The notes: generated by a model not told the origin, from the sequence alone. Positions 1-9,055 are shown, counted from the stretch's first letter. The stretch is DNA of 64,000 nucleotides from Pseudomonadales bacterium (GCA_963664805.2 OY761612.1:1288368-1352367), one strand, 5' to 3'. Numbers and translations: made by a program.

Positions 1-747
1 AAAAATGTCATTATTCGACCAAGTGTGCCAGATTACCGACCCTTCAATTTTATCGGTTGACTCATCTGAAGTCCTGACCAGGAAATAGACATCGGACCTT
101 AACGCAATACGAAAAAATAGACGATTTCTTTCAGTTGACAAATCACGGACGGCATTTAGAAGTGCTGAAAGCCTATTGATATCCTCTTTTTTGCCTTCCC
201 ATCCGCGATCTAGATCATCTATATAGATATATATCGATTTAGATTTTTGATACTGATGAATGATTTCCTTTTTTGCAAATTGTATGTTTATCTCGGACAT
301 ACTACCAAGAATTTGCAGCAAGTAATCTGTCAACTTTCCTCCCAAATTCTTTATATTCTTTGACCAACTTTTTTCAGGTATGTCGAGATTGGTTAAAACT
401 TTTCGCGCTACGATTTCAATAATTCCTGTCTTCCATTCTCTGATCATTTCCATAAAGCTTGTCGACTTCTTCCCTATATCTATAACGTCATCCGGCTTAA
501 TCAATACTACAAGCTTATTTTGCTCTTCTTCTTCGCTCATGGCGACTTGAAAAAGTGCTGATTTTCCAATCCCTTTGTGTCCCACTAGTACTCTTAAAGG
601 CAAATCAGTAATTACTTGATTGTAGACATGGGTTTTATAGTAGTACTTTCTTAACCGATCTCTCGACTCATCTTCAGCAGCCTCGCACCCAAACAAGAGC
701 TGGATCTCTTGTTCATCAAATTGCAATTCTTCGCGAGTTGATTTCAT
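1..747 (-). CDS. P-loop NTPase, N-terminal ~249 aa only; the gene continues past the left window edge
   Basis: Absent from the ORF track because it is open at the edge. Reverse-strand reading from ATG 747-745 gives MKSTREELQFDEQEIQLLFGCEAAEDESRDRL...LRVLVGHKGIGKSALFQ (Walker A, GxxGxGKS) and ...KSIYIYIDDLDRGW (Walker B-like hhhhDD). GGAGAA lies 9 nt upstream of the ATG. The segment is strongly AT-rich compared with the adjacent pepF-like gene. Confidence 0.6.
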   Translation of the reverse strand, partial: MKSTREELQFDEQEIQLLFGCEAAEDESRDRLRKYYYKTHVYNQVITDLPLRVLVGHKGIGKSALFQVAMSEEEEQNKLVVLIKPDDVIDIGKKSTSFMEMIREWKTGIIEIVARKVLTNLDIPEKSWSKNIKNLGGKLTDYLLQILGSMSEINIQFAKKEIIHQYQKSKSIYIYIDDLDRGWEGKKEDINRLSALLNAVRDLSTERNRLFFRIALRSDVYFLVRTSDESTDKIEGSVIWHTWSNNDIF

Positions 748-775
748 CTATTAAATTCTCCGGCATTGATTTTGT

Positions 776-2635
776 TTACAACAACCCCTCAATCCGATCC
801 ATCAAATCTTCCATTCTCCGCAGCACCGGCTCATAGGCCTCCGCCTGTGTCATGTCCAGCCCGGCCTCGTCGAGCAGGATGTTGTGCGGGTAGTCCGACC
901 CACCGGCGCTGAGGACGCGGATGAAGGCATCGCGCACGGCTTCGTCGCCGGCCAGGAACTGCTCGGCGAACCAGGCGGCGCCGCTGATCGAGGTGGCGTA
1001 TTGGAAGACGTAGAAGTCGTAGTAGAAATGCGGGATGAAGGCCCATTCGACGGTGTAGGCGTCGTCGATGGTGAGGACGCCGAGGTCGTGGCCGTGGTAG
1101 CGCTTGAGCAGGTCACCGTAGATTTCGGTCAGGCGCGGGCCGGTGAGGGGTTCGCCGCGTTCGGCGGCGCGGTGAATCGCGAGTTCGAATTCGGCGAACA
1201 TCGTCTGGCGGAACAGGGTGCCGCGGATCTGTTCGAGGGCGCCGCCGAGGTAGAACAGCCGCTCGGCGTCGGTGCTTGCGTTCGCGATCATGTATTCCTG
1301 CAGCAGGATTTCGTTGATGGTCGAGGCCAGTTCGGCGGTGAAGGTCGAATAGCCCGCGGTTTCGAAGGGGTTGCTGGCGTTGGCAAGCAGGCTGTGGACG
1401 GCGTGGCCCCACTCGTGGGCGAAGGTCGACATCGACTCGTAGTCTTCGTTGTGGTTCAGCAGCACGTAGGGGTGCACGTCGTAGACCGAGCCGTTCATGT
1501 ACGCGCCCGAGCGCTTGCCGGGCTGCGGGTGGCTGTGCATCCATTGCTGCGACAGGCCATACTCGAGCAGTTCGAGGTATTGCTCGCCAAAGGGTTCCAG
1601 CGCGGCGAAAGTGATTTCCGACGAACGTTCTAGGTCGAAGACGCCGGTTTCCGCCTGCACCAGGGGCGGGTAGATGTCGTAGTAGCGCAGGTCGTCGATG
1701 CCGAGCAGGCGGCCGCGCAGTTCGAGATAGCGGTGGAACAGCGGCAGGGCGTCGTTTACCTGGGTGACGAGTTGCGTGTAGATCTCGGGCGGCAGGCCGT
1801 CGGCGAACAGGTTGGCTTCGAGTACGCCGGGGTGATTGCGCACCCGGGCGCTGAAGACATTGGCCTGGGCTTCGGCGGCGAGGGTCGCTCCCATGCCGTC
1901 GGCGTACTGGTTCCAGGCGCCCCAGAAGGTGTCGAAGACGAGCTTGCGGTCGTCGCGGTTCGGCGCGGCGCGCCAGAAGGAATAGCCGGCCTGGCTCAAG
2001 GTCGCTTCGGTGCCGTCGCTCAGGGTCACCGTCGGCCAGGGGATGTCGGCGTTGGCGTAGTTCTCGTAGATCTGCTGTGGGGCCGAGAGCACCATGCCGG
2101 CCTGGGCGAGGATCGCCTCGGTGCGCTGGTCGAGGGTGTGCGGTTCCTGCCGCAGGATGTCTTCGAGCATGAACCCGAACTTCTCAAGTCGCGGTTCCTG
2201 TTGGCGGAAGCTGCGGATGTTGTCCGCGCCGAGGTCTAGAATTTCCGGGCGTATCCAGGAACTGGCCTGCTCCAGGTTGGTCAGCATCTGCCGGGCGCGG
2301 GCGAAGCGCGCCTGGGCCGCGGGCTCGCGCTGGTCGACATCGCGCATCAGGCTGGTGTAGACGTATACGCGATACGCTTCCTTGGTGGTGTCGGACTGGG
2401 CCTCGAGGGCGTCCGCAAGTTCGGCGGCGCCGTTGTCGAGCGTGCCGCGGTAGCGCGACAGGGCGTCGAGCCGATTGGTCACGGCGCTGATGGCGTCCTC
2501 CCACGCCTCCACCGTCGGATAGATGTCAGTCAGGTCCCATTCGTAGCGCGCGGTATCGGACTGCGCATGGACATTGACGGCAATTCCCGTCAACAGCGTG
2601 AAAACCAGTAAGGCGGGAATCCTGTTCATAAGCAT
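776..2635 (-). CDS. pepF: M3-family oligoendopeptidase F-like zinc metallopeptidase, exported
   Basis: 619-aa ORF with the HExxH zinc site in STFAHEWGHAVHS. The N-terminal signal peptide is MLMNRIPALLVFTLLTGIAVNVHAQ. Length and layout are typical of M3B PepF. Confidence 0.8.
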   Translation of the reverse strand: MLMNRIPALLVFTLLTGIAVNVHAQSDTARYEWDLTDIYPTVEAWEDAISAVTNRLDALSRYRGTLDNGAAELADALEAQSDTTKEAYRVYVYTSLMRDVDQREPAAQARFARARQMLTNLEQASSWIRPEILDLGADNIRSFRQQEPRLEKFGFMLEDILRQEPHTLDQRTEAILAQAGMVLSAPQQIYENYANADIPWPTVTLSDGTEATLSQAGYSFWRAAPNRDDRKLVFDTFWGAWNQYADGMGATLAAEAQANVFSARVRNHPGVLEANLFADGLPPEIYTQLVTQVNDALPLFHRYLELRGRLLGIDDLRYYDIYPPLVQAETGVFDLERSSEITFAALEPFGEQYLELLEYGLSQQWMHSHPQPGKRSGAYMNGSVYDVHPYVLLNHNEDYESMSTFAHEWGHAVHSLLANASNPFETAGYSTFTAELASTINEILLQEYMIANASTDAERLFYLGGALEQIRGTLFRQTMFAEFELAIHRAAERGEPLTGPRLTEIYGDLLKRYHGHDLGVLTIDDAYTVEWAFIPHFYYDFYVFQYATSISGAAWFAEQFLAGDEAVRDAFIRVLSAGGSDYPHNILLDEAGLDMTQAEAYEPVLRRMEDLMDRIEGLL

Positions 2636-2973
2636 GGCGCCTTAGTCTCTTGAACATGAATTCCGGGATTCTAGCGGAAACCCGAACAGCGGGCACCAAC
2701 TCAAACCCACTACGCTACGATGGACTGACCCACGAATTCAGGTATAAGCTGATGAGTACCAAAACCGGCGAGCAGAAAATGGGGAAGCCTGTCGGCCTGC
2801 TCGGCGTAGACAGGGACAAGATCGAAGTCATGGGCGACATCATTGAACCGCTGGACATCGAGTGGGAAGCCGAACAAATTGAAGGTTGCGAGCCCATCGA
2901 CCCGAAATTGCCTGGATAGAACTTCCGGCCGCCCTTGCGATATGCTTGGGCGACTTTGGAAATGGGGTCGGGA

Positions 2974-4098
2974 ATGGCTTCGAGACGACAACTGTTGCAG
3001 GCGCTTGGAGCGCTGCCCCTGCTTGGCGCCTGTGCGGCCGGCGCGCCGGCATCGCCGGCCAATTTCACGCCGTCCGGCGTGCCATTGCGGCGGGTCAAGG
3101 TATCCGACGAGCGCGTGATCCGCACCATCGCCGGTCTGCGGCCGTTTCGCCGCAATGGCTTCAACGTCTCGGCAGAGAAGCGCGGCACGAAGACTCTGAT
3201 TCATAACTATGGTCATGGCGGTGGCGGTATTTCGCTTTCCTGGGGTACATCGACTCTTGCGGTGGAATTTGCCGGCGTCGGCAATCGGCGCAATTGCGCC
3301 GTGATCGGCGCCGGCGTGATGGGCCTGACCACCGCGCGCCTGGCCCAGGATCGGGGCTGGAACGTCACGGTCTATTCGAAGGATCTGCCGCCGGACACCA
3401 CTTCCAATGTCGCCGGCGGGCAATGGTCCCCTACTTCGACTTACGACTCGGAATTCGTCACGCCCGCATTCCGGCGGCAGTTCGACCGCGCCATGGCGAT
3501 CGCCTACCGCTATTTCCAGAATCTCGTCGGGCCGCGCTACGGCGTGCGCTGGATCAGCAATTACAACTTCTCAAGCGATTCGCCCGAAGAGGAGGATTTC
3601 CAGCGCCGATACGCGGGCTTCTACCCGCAATTGCGCGACCTCGGGCCCGGCAGCCATCCTTTCCCCGTCCCTTTCGCACGCCATTACGACACCATGCTGA
3701 TCGAGCCGGCGGTATTCCTGCCCGCGGTAATGGCCGATTTCTTCGGCGCCGGCGGCAGGATCAACATCCGCGAATTCGCCGGCGCCGGGGAAATCCTCGC
3801 GCTCGAAGAAGACGTAATCTTCAATTGCACCGGCCTCGGTTCCCACGCGCTGTTCGGCGACGAGATGCTGATGCCGGTCAAGGGGCAACTCACTTTCCTG
3901 CTGCCCCAGGAAGAAGTCGAGTTCAACATTATCGGCAACGGCGGCCTCTACATGTTCCCGCGCAGCGACGGCATCCTGCTCGGCGGCACCTACGAGCGCG
4001 GCGAATGGAGCCTGGAACCCGACCCGGAAGCCACCCGCCGCATCATCGACGGGCACCGGACGTTTTTCGAAGCGATGGACGATCCCTGGGCCGCTTGA
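2974..4098 (+). CDS. FAD-dependent oxidoreductase, D-amino-acid-oxidase-like, with a Tat/lipoprotein-type leader
   Basis: The leader MASRRQLLQALGALPLLGAC has a twin arginine and a lipobox-like Cys. The dinucleotide-binding motif is VIGAGVMGLTTA. The start is uncertain; alternative ATGs lie at 2935 and 2962. Confidence 0.65.
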   Translation: MASRRQLLQALGALPLLGACAAGAPASPANFTPSGVPLRRVKVSDERVIRTIAGLRPFRRNGFNVSAEKRGTKTLIHNYGHGGGGISLSWGTSTLAVEFAGVGNRRNCAVIGAGVMGLTTARLAQDRGWNVTVYSKDLPPDTTSNVAGGQWSPTSTYDSEFVTPAFRRQFDRAMAIAYRYFQNLVGPRYGVRWISNYNFSSDSPEEEDFQRRYAGFYPQLRDLGPGSHPFPVPFARHYDTMLIEPAVFLPAVMADFFGAGGRINIREFAGAGEILALEEDVIFNCTGLGSHALFGDEMLMPVKGQLTFLLPQEEVEFNIIGNGGLYMFPRSDGILLGGTYERGEWSLEPDPEATRRIIDGHRTFFEAMDDPWAA

Positions 4099-4136
4099 GA
4101 TTCCACGACTCCGCTTCGCTCCGCGCAGAATGACGT
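4098..4136. repeat. Short palindromic intergenic repeat, family B (GAGATTC.GCGACTCCGCTTCGC.CCGCGCAGAATGAC type)
   Basis: gagattccacgactccgcttcgctccgcgcagaatgacg sits immediately after the stop of the DAO-like gene. The same unit recurs at 17551, 35257, 38152, 39060 and 48027. Confidence 0.7.
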
Positions 4137-4160
4137 ATTTCCGGGGCTTGCACGGCGTGA

Positions 4161-4271
4161 GTCGCCGTCCGGCGGGCTGTGCGCAGCGGGCGTGCGAGGC
4201 AGGACGCCGAGCCCGAAGCCCACAGGGACGTGTTTATGGCGTCCGCTGCGCACAGCCCGCCGGACGGCGAC
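4161..4271. repeat. Long hairpin repeat, family A, copy 1 (~110 bp)
   Basis: Left arm gtcgccgtccggcgggctgtgcgcagcgg pairs with right arm ccgctgcgcacagcccgccggacggcgac. They flank a conserved core, gcgtgcgaggcaggacgccgagcccgaagcccacagggacgtgtttatggcgtc. Confidence 0.75.
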
Positions 4272-4412
4272 GGTTCGAAGTCGCTTGCCAAGTAAGGGCA
4301 TACCCACCGAACCTTACAGTCAGAACTGCTGAATTCGCCTGAAAAAGTTAGACATTTCAGCCGGTTCCCATTACTCTTTTTGGTTGATCCAGTTAACCCA
4401 GCGAGAAACGCC

Positions 4413-5768
4413 ATGACACGCAAGATTGCCAGGTATCTCTCACTCGCCGCCCTGCCCGCTTTCGCCTTGAGCGCGTTGGCCCAGGACGCTCCGACTTTCT
4501 ATCAGGACGCATTGCCCGTTTTCCAGAAGAACTGCGTTGCATGCCATCAGCCGGACGGTCCCAGCGTCGGCGGCATCTATGCGCCGATGTCGCTGATGGA
4601 CTACGAGGCGGCCAGACTTTGGGCGCCGCTCATCAGGAACGCGCTGGAAACAGGCTACATGCCGCCCTGGGGCGCCCATGAGCGCCATCGCGGCGAATTC
4701 AAGGGCGAGCGATACATCGACAAGGCCGAGAAGGACCTGCTGATCGCCTGGGTTGACGGCGGCGCGCCGGAGGGTGATCCCGAAAAGGCCGCCAACGCTG
4801 AGGGCCTGGTCGCTTCGAGTGTCGGCACCACCTTGCCCGAGTCGGGCTGGTGGATCGGCGACCCGGATCTGGTCGTGAAATTCGATGAACCGGTCTACGT
4901 GCCAGACGAAGTCGAAGACTGGCAGCCAACGGTGCGGATGAACTACGAAGAAGGCGCGCACCAGGAGCCGCGCTGGATCTCCATGGCCGAATTGCGGCCC
5001 GGCGGACCCTGGGTGCATCACATCGTTTCCAGCCACATGGGCGTCGGCGTTCCCGGCCGGGGGCCCTTCACCTATCCGGAAGGCTGGGGCGTGCTGCTCG
5101 CGGAAGACCCGTTCATCACGGTGAACATGCATTACCACAAGGACCCGGTGCCGGGCTCGGCGGTCCATGACGACACCCAGGCGGCATTCAAGTTCTATGA
5201 AGACGGCGCCGTGATCGACCATGTGGTCGAAACCAACCTGCTGCCGCATCGCAACTGGACCATTCCCGCGGGCGATCCCAACTTCGAAGTGAACAACACC
5301 TTCGAGATCGAGGAAGACATCTACCTGCTTTCCATGGGTCCGCACATGCACTATCGCGGCAAGGCCATGCGCTACGAGCTGGAGTATCCCGACGGCGAGA
5401 TGGAAACCCTGCTCTGGGTGCCGAACTACGACTTCAACTGGCAGTTCCTCTACGAATACGAGGAGCCCAGGTTTATTCCCGCAGGCTCCACCTTGCACAT
5501 GTCCTGGTGGTTCAACAACTCGGAAAGCAATCGTTACAACCCCGACCCGGCAGCGGACGTGGTGTACGGCCCGGCAACCACCGATGAGATGGCCAACGCG
5601 CGCATCTATTACGCGCCGGTCAAGCAGCGCGGCATCGTGGTCGGCCGCGACCTGCCCCAGGACGTGCTCGAAACCGCGCGGGCGACCGAACAATTGCGCC
5701 GCGAGCGGACCGAATTGCTCGACCAGAGCGCGGACGACTTTTCCTGGCTGACTGAGGACAGCCAGTAA
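4413..5768 (+). CDS. Exported fusion protein: N-terminal c-type cytochrome domain plus a C-terminal PHM/DBH-like copper monooxygenase-like domain
   Basis: Signal peptide MTRKIARYLSLAALPAFALSALAQ. Heme site CVACH lies in FQKNCVACHQPDG...YMPPW. The copper-ligand-like pattern is HH (WVHHIV), H (NMHYH), HxH (GPHMHYRG) and Met (TTDEMANARIYY). The ORF track starts at TTG 4380; ATG 4413 is preferred. Confidence 0.6.
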   Translation: MTRKIARYLSLAALPAFALSALAQDAPTFYQDALPVFQKNCVACHQPDGPSVGGIYAPMSLMDYEAARLWAPLIRNALETGYMPPWGAHERHRGEFKGERYIDKAEKDLLIAWVDGGAPEGDPEKAANAEGLVASSVGTTLPESGWWIGDPDLVVKFDEPVYVPDEVEDWQPTVRMNYEEGAHQEPRWISMAELRPGGPWVHHIVSSHMGVGVPGRGPFTYPEGWGVLLAEDPFITVNMHYHKDPVPGSAVHDDTQAAFKFYEDGAVIDHVVETNLLPHRNWTIPAGDPNFEVNNTFEIEEDIYLLSMGPHMHYRGKAMRYELEYPDGEMETLLWVPNYDFNWQFLYEYEEPRFIPAGSTLHMSWWFNNSESNRYNPDPAADVVYGPATTDEMANARIYYAPVKQRGIVVGRDLPQDVLETARATEQLRRERTELLDQSADDFSWLTEDSQ

Positions 5769-5795
5769 CAGGGGCCTTGATTTCGCACGATGTGA

Positions 5796-5908
5796 GTCGC
5801 CGTCGGGCGGTGTGTGGTTCAGCGGGCGTGCGAGGCAGGAAGCCGAGCCCGGAGCCTACAGGGATGTATTTACGGCGTCCGCTGAACCACACACCGCCCG
5901 ATGGCGAC
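5796..5908. repeat. Long hairpin repeat, family A, copy 2
   Basis: gtcgccgtcgggcggtgtgtggttcagcgg...ccgctgaaccacacaccgcccgatggcgac has the same conserved core as copy 1. The stem sequence differs from copy 1 but stays complementary. Confidence 0.75.
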
Positions 5909-5954
5909 GGATCGAAGCCAAAATTCTCCGGGAGATTATTCGAGGAGGCGGTAA

Positions 5955-6959
5955 ATGAAAACTGATCTCTGGAAACTGACGGCGGCGGCCTGCCTTGCGA
6001 GTTTCGCCAGCGGCGCCTTGCTCTCACAATCGTTCGCGCAATCGGACGACGGCTGGGTCAACGGCCGCACGCCCGACGGGCAGCCTGACCTGCAAGGTGT
6101 CTGGACGAATGACACGATCACGCCGATAGAGCGCCCGGCTTCACTGGCCGACCGCGATTTCCTCACGCCCGAGGAAATCGAGGCCATGGAGACCGGCATC
6201 GCCCAGCGCAGGACCGAGGCCGACAACAACATCGTCGTCCGCGCGGGCGGCAATGTCGGCGGCTACAATCAGATCTGGCTCGATTCGGGCGACACCGTGC
6301 TTTCCACCGGCCAGACCTCGATGATCGTCGACCCGCCCAACGGACGCGCTCCGATCATCAAGAGCGCCCTTGCCGAGCGCGACTTCTATTTCGCCAACGT
6401 CGAAAATCACTACGTCTATCACACCGTCTGGGACCGCTGCATCACTCGCGGCGTACCCGGCTCCATGCTCCCGGCGGGCTACAACAACGCCTATCGCATC
6501 ATCCAGACCCCCGACACGATCACAATCGTCTACGAGATGATTCACGACGTTCGCGTCATCCCGCTGAGCAAGACCGAACATATCGACCCGAAAGTGCGAC
6601 TGTGGATGGGCGACTCGGTGGCGCATTGGGAAGGCGAAACCCTGGTGATCGAGACGAAGAACTTCAACGACCGCGGCATGATCGCCAACAGCAGCGCCGG
6701 CGGCCGCCTCAAGGGCGTGCCGGCCTCGGATCAGTTGCACGTGATCGAGCGATTCACCCGCGTCAGCGAGGGAACGATCATCTGGGAAGCCACCATGACC
6801 GACCCGGAGGCCTTTTCATCCCCGGTGACGATCTCGATGCCGCTGACGCTGGAAAACGACTACCAGATGTACGAATACGCCTGCCACGAAGGCAACTACG
6901 CGATTCCCAACATCCTCAGCGCCGGCCGCGCCCGCGAACGCATGCAATCTAGCGATTGA
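5955..6959 (+). CDS. Exported protein of unknown function
   Basis: 334-aa ORF with GAGGAGG 7 nt upstream of the ATG. Signal peptide MKTDLWKLTAAACLASFASGALLSQSFAQ. I recognise no catalytic motif. The C-terminus contains YEYACHEGNY. Confidence 0.6.
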   Translation: MKTDLWKLTAAACLASFASGALLSQSFAQSDDGWVNGRTPDGQPDLQGVWTNDTITPIERPASLADRDFLTPEEIEAMETGIAQRRTEADNNIVVRAGGNVGGYNQIWLDSGDTVLSTGQTSMIVDPPNGRAPIIKSALAERDFYFANVENHYVYHTVWDRCITRGVPGSMLPAGYNNAYRIIQTPDTITIVYEMIHDVRVIPLSKTEHIDPKVRLWMGDSVAHWEGETLVIETKNFNDRGMIANSSAGGRLKGVPASDQLHVIERFTRVSEGTIIWEATMTDPEAFSSPVTISMPLTLENDYQMYEYACHEGNYAIPNILSAGRARERMQSSD

Positions 6960-7074
6960 AAGACGTTTGTGCATGCCGTCCCTGGCGAAACTTCGCTGAT
7001 TTCTCCAGCCCCCAGCCTTGCCAGCACCCGGGAGATCATTCAGAGAAGGGCTTTTATTCGCTCAAGCAATAGAC

Positions 7075-7984
7075 ATGTTCGCCACCGAAGAAACGGCGGC
7101 GAAGTGGTTCGAGTCCATCTATTGGCGGGAAGGAACCAAGTGCGGGAAATGCGGCAGCGCGAACACGCTCGAAGTACAGGGCGCCAAGCCCATGCCCTAC
7201 CATTGCCGCGACTGCAAGAAACATTTCAGCATCCGCACAGACCGCGCTGGAATCTTCCCGCGTCCTGCTTCGCAAGTAGGCTCTCGCTATACATCTCTGC
7301 TTTACTTCGCTGAAACGCATGTCCAGCATGAAGCTGCACAGCGAACTCAGCGTTACCCAAAAAGACCGCGTAGTTCATGATCCACCGTATCCAGTTGGCC
7401 TAGGCGGGAATGGCGAGCGCTGACAATCCCTTCGGCGAGCCGGTCAAAGTTGACGAAACCTATATCGTCGGCAGAGAATCGAACTATCAAAGGACAAGCT
7501 GCACGAAGGACGCTACATGTTCGGTAAGACTGCCGTGGTAGGCGCGAAGGATCGGAAAACCAACCAGATATGGGCGAAGGTTATCCTGAAGGTGGACAAA
7601 ATGACAAGGCACGGGTTCATCGCCTAGAACGTGTTGCCGGAAGCCGCTGTCTAAATCGACGAATCAGGCGTGTATTCGGGAAATGCCGAATAATCACGAA
7701 TCCGTCAATCACTTGATTGGGGGATGGCTGGGCGGCAAGGTACAAACAAACAGCATTGAAACCATTTGGTCGAGCTTAAGTGGGCGCGCAAGAGTACGTT
7801 TCACAAGATGGGCCCGAAGCACATCGACTGTTACATCAAGGAGTTTGTGGGCAAGAGTAATATCAGAAATTCAGACACGCTTAAGCAGGTGCGGCACACT
7901 GCTGTCAGTCTGGCCGGAAGGCGACTGCATTACAGTCGCCTTATCGCGGACAATGGACTGACAAGCGGGACCAGAAGCAAGTAG
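7075..7984 (+). pseudogene. Degraded IS1595-family (ISXO2-like) transposase
   Basis: The N-terminal zinc-ribbon segment MFATEETAAKWFESIYWREGTKCGKCGS...YHCRDCKKHFSIRTD is intact. Downstream pieces (SMKLHSELSVTQKTA, VKVDETYIVG, KTAVVGAKDRKTNQIWAKVI, HESVNH, VQTNSIETIWSSL, TFHKMGPKHIDCYIKEFVGKSNIRNSDTLKQ, RLHYSRLIADNGL) are scattered over three frames with stops. Confidence 0.75.
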
Positions 7985-8066
7985 CGCTTTAGCAAGTGTT
8001 TCGGGGGGTAGCGCCTCTTAGGTCGCGCTTGGGATCGAGTATGGCTTTCATGGCAGTTTTCCGAGA

Positions 8067-8510
8067 TCAATGATCTGGAGTTGATAGCGTTACTTCCCCA
8101 GTCAAGCCGTTGTAATGGAGCATTGCACCGTGTAGAAATGATCTTCCCAACAACGCGGCGTAAGGCTGGCCCCCAGCGATCAAGTGCGCACCGAGGAACC
8201 TACCGTACTGGGTTCGACCTATATCTGGAAAATACAATTGTCCAAGATGCACATTAAGTTCTTCTTTCCCGTGTACCCCTGACACAGGCGACCTGTTTAC
8301 GATAGGAAGGCCCAACAGTTCAGCCAAGCGGGAGTCAATGCAACTTTCTGTTGCACCAGTATCTATCAAGGCCGGATATAGGTGCGCAGGCAATGCCGGA
8401 ATTGTCTCTCCTGGACGATAGTTCAGATCAAAGCCGATACGAACACTGATTGTCGGCCCATAAACGACCAGACCTTCTGCTCCCCGGTCGTTACACTGAA
8501 TCGTTGGCAC
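8067..8510 (-). CDS. Retropepsin-like (clan AA) aspartic protease
   Basis: 147-aa ORF with the D-T-G-A active-site motif in ALIDTGATESCID. GTG start with GGGAG 8 nt upstream. It overlaps the upstream small gene by 20 nt. Confidence 0.65.
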   Translation of the reverse strand: MPTIQCNDRGAEGLVVYGPTISVRIGFDLNYRPGETIPALPAHLYPALIDTGATESCIDSRLAELLGLPIVNRSPVSGVHGKEELNVHLGQLYFPDIGRTQYGRFLGAHLIAGGQPYAALLGRSFLHGAMLHYNGLTGEVTLSTPDH

Positions 8511-8748
8511 CGGAATACTCCCTGTAAAGAACCGATGCAGGTAGCGTTACGCTTTGCTCTCCTACTTTTCGGATAAGGTAGGGTCCGCGACCGTACTTCT
8601 GTACGGCAAAATTTGCCGCGTCTTGAAATCCATCAAAAGAACCGACAAATTCTTCTTCGTAAATCACTACCCATTTCCCGAAATAATCGACTTCTAGCCG
8701 ATTTCGCATACTCTCAAATGCCTGAATTTCGTTGCTAAGTGTGTTCAT
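8491..8748 (-). CDS. Small protein of unknown function, possibly DUF5678-like, partner of the retropepsin-like protease
   Basis: 85-aa ORF with a strong GGAGGTGG Shine-Dalgarno just upstream of the ATG. The core is GKWVVIYEEEFVGSFDGFQDAANFAV. It is co-directional with, and overlaps, the protease gene. Confidence 0.55.
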   Translation of the reverse strand: MNTLSNEIQAFESMRNRLEVDYFGKWVVIYEEEFVGSFDGFQDAANFAVQKYGRGPYLIRKVGEQSVTLPASVLYREYSGANDSV

Positions 8749-9055
8749 GGCTCACCACCTCCCCTTTCCGATGGCTGCGAGCAAAAAATACGACCGATGA
8801 TCTTTACACGCGAACGAATCGCTGTAAATACCACTATATAATGTAGCTCTCCACAAGCATTGACAACAATATCGGCGATGCCGGCACGGATTCAAGCGGA
8901 ATAGCAAAAAGGGTGGGCTGTGTCAGAAGGAACGCGCCGGTGGCAGGTTGCCGTTTGGACGGGTCCCGACACCGGCACGGCCCGCTGCCAATAGCTAGCA
9001 TAAGGCGTCGCGGGCGACCAGAGTGTAGCAGATTGGAGAGGTGGCCCGCTAATAT

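Noticed and set aside
884-1633. Long antisense or out-of-frame ORFs overlapping the real genes throughout the high-GC parts. Examples are 884-1633, 4440-5693, 17674-19428, 21668-23014, 28753-29847, 36995-38122, 37797-39086, 39157-40299, 43614-46061, 47877-50000, 52562-53785, 53197-54465, 54218-57502, 57617-59902 and 61679-62929.
   Set aside because: They are Arg/Gly/Ala/Pro-rich, lack recognisable motifs and RBSs, and each lies opposite or out of frame to an ORF with clear family signatures. These are the shadow ORFs expected in >60% GC DNA.
2650-2919. An 89-aa ORF in the pepF/DAO divergent intergenic region (...MSTKTGEQKMGKPVGLLGVDRDKIEVMGDIIEPLDIEWEAEQ...).
   Set aside because: It has a TTG start, no Shine-Dalgarno before any internal ATG and no recognisable motif. 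It cannot be excluded as a small acidic protein, but it is unsupported.
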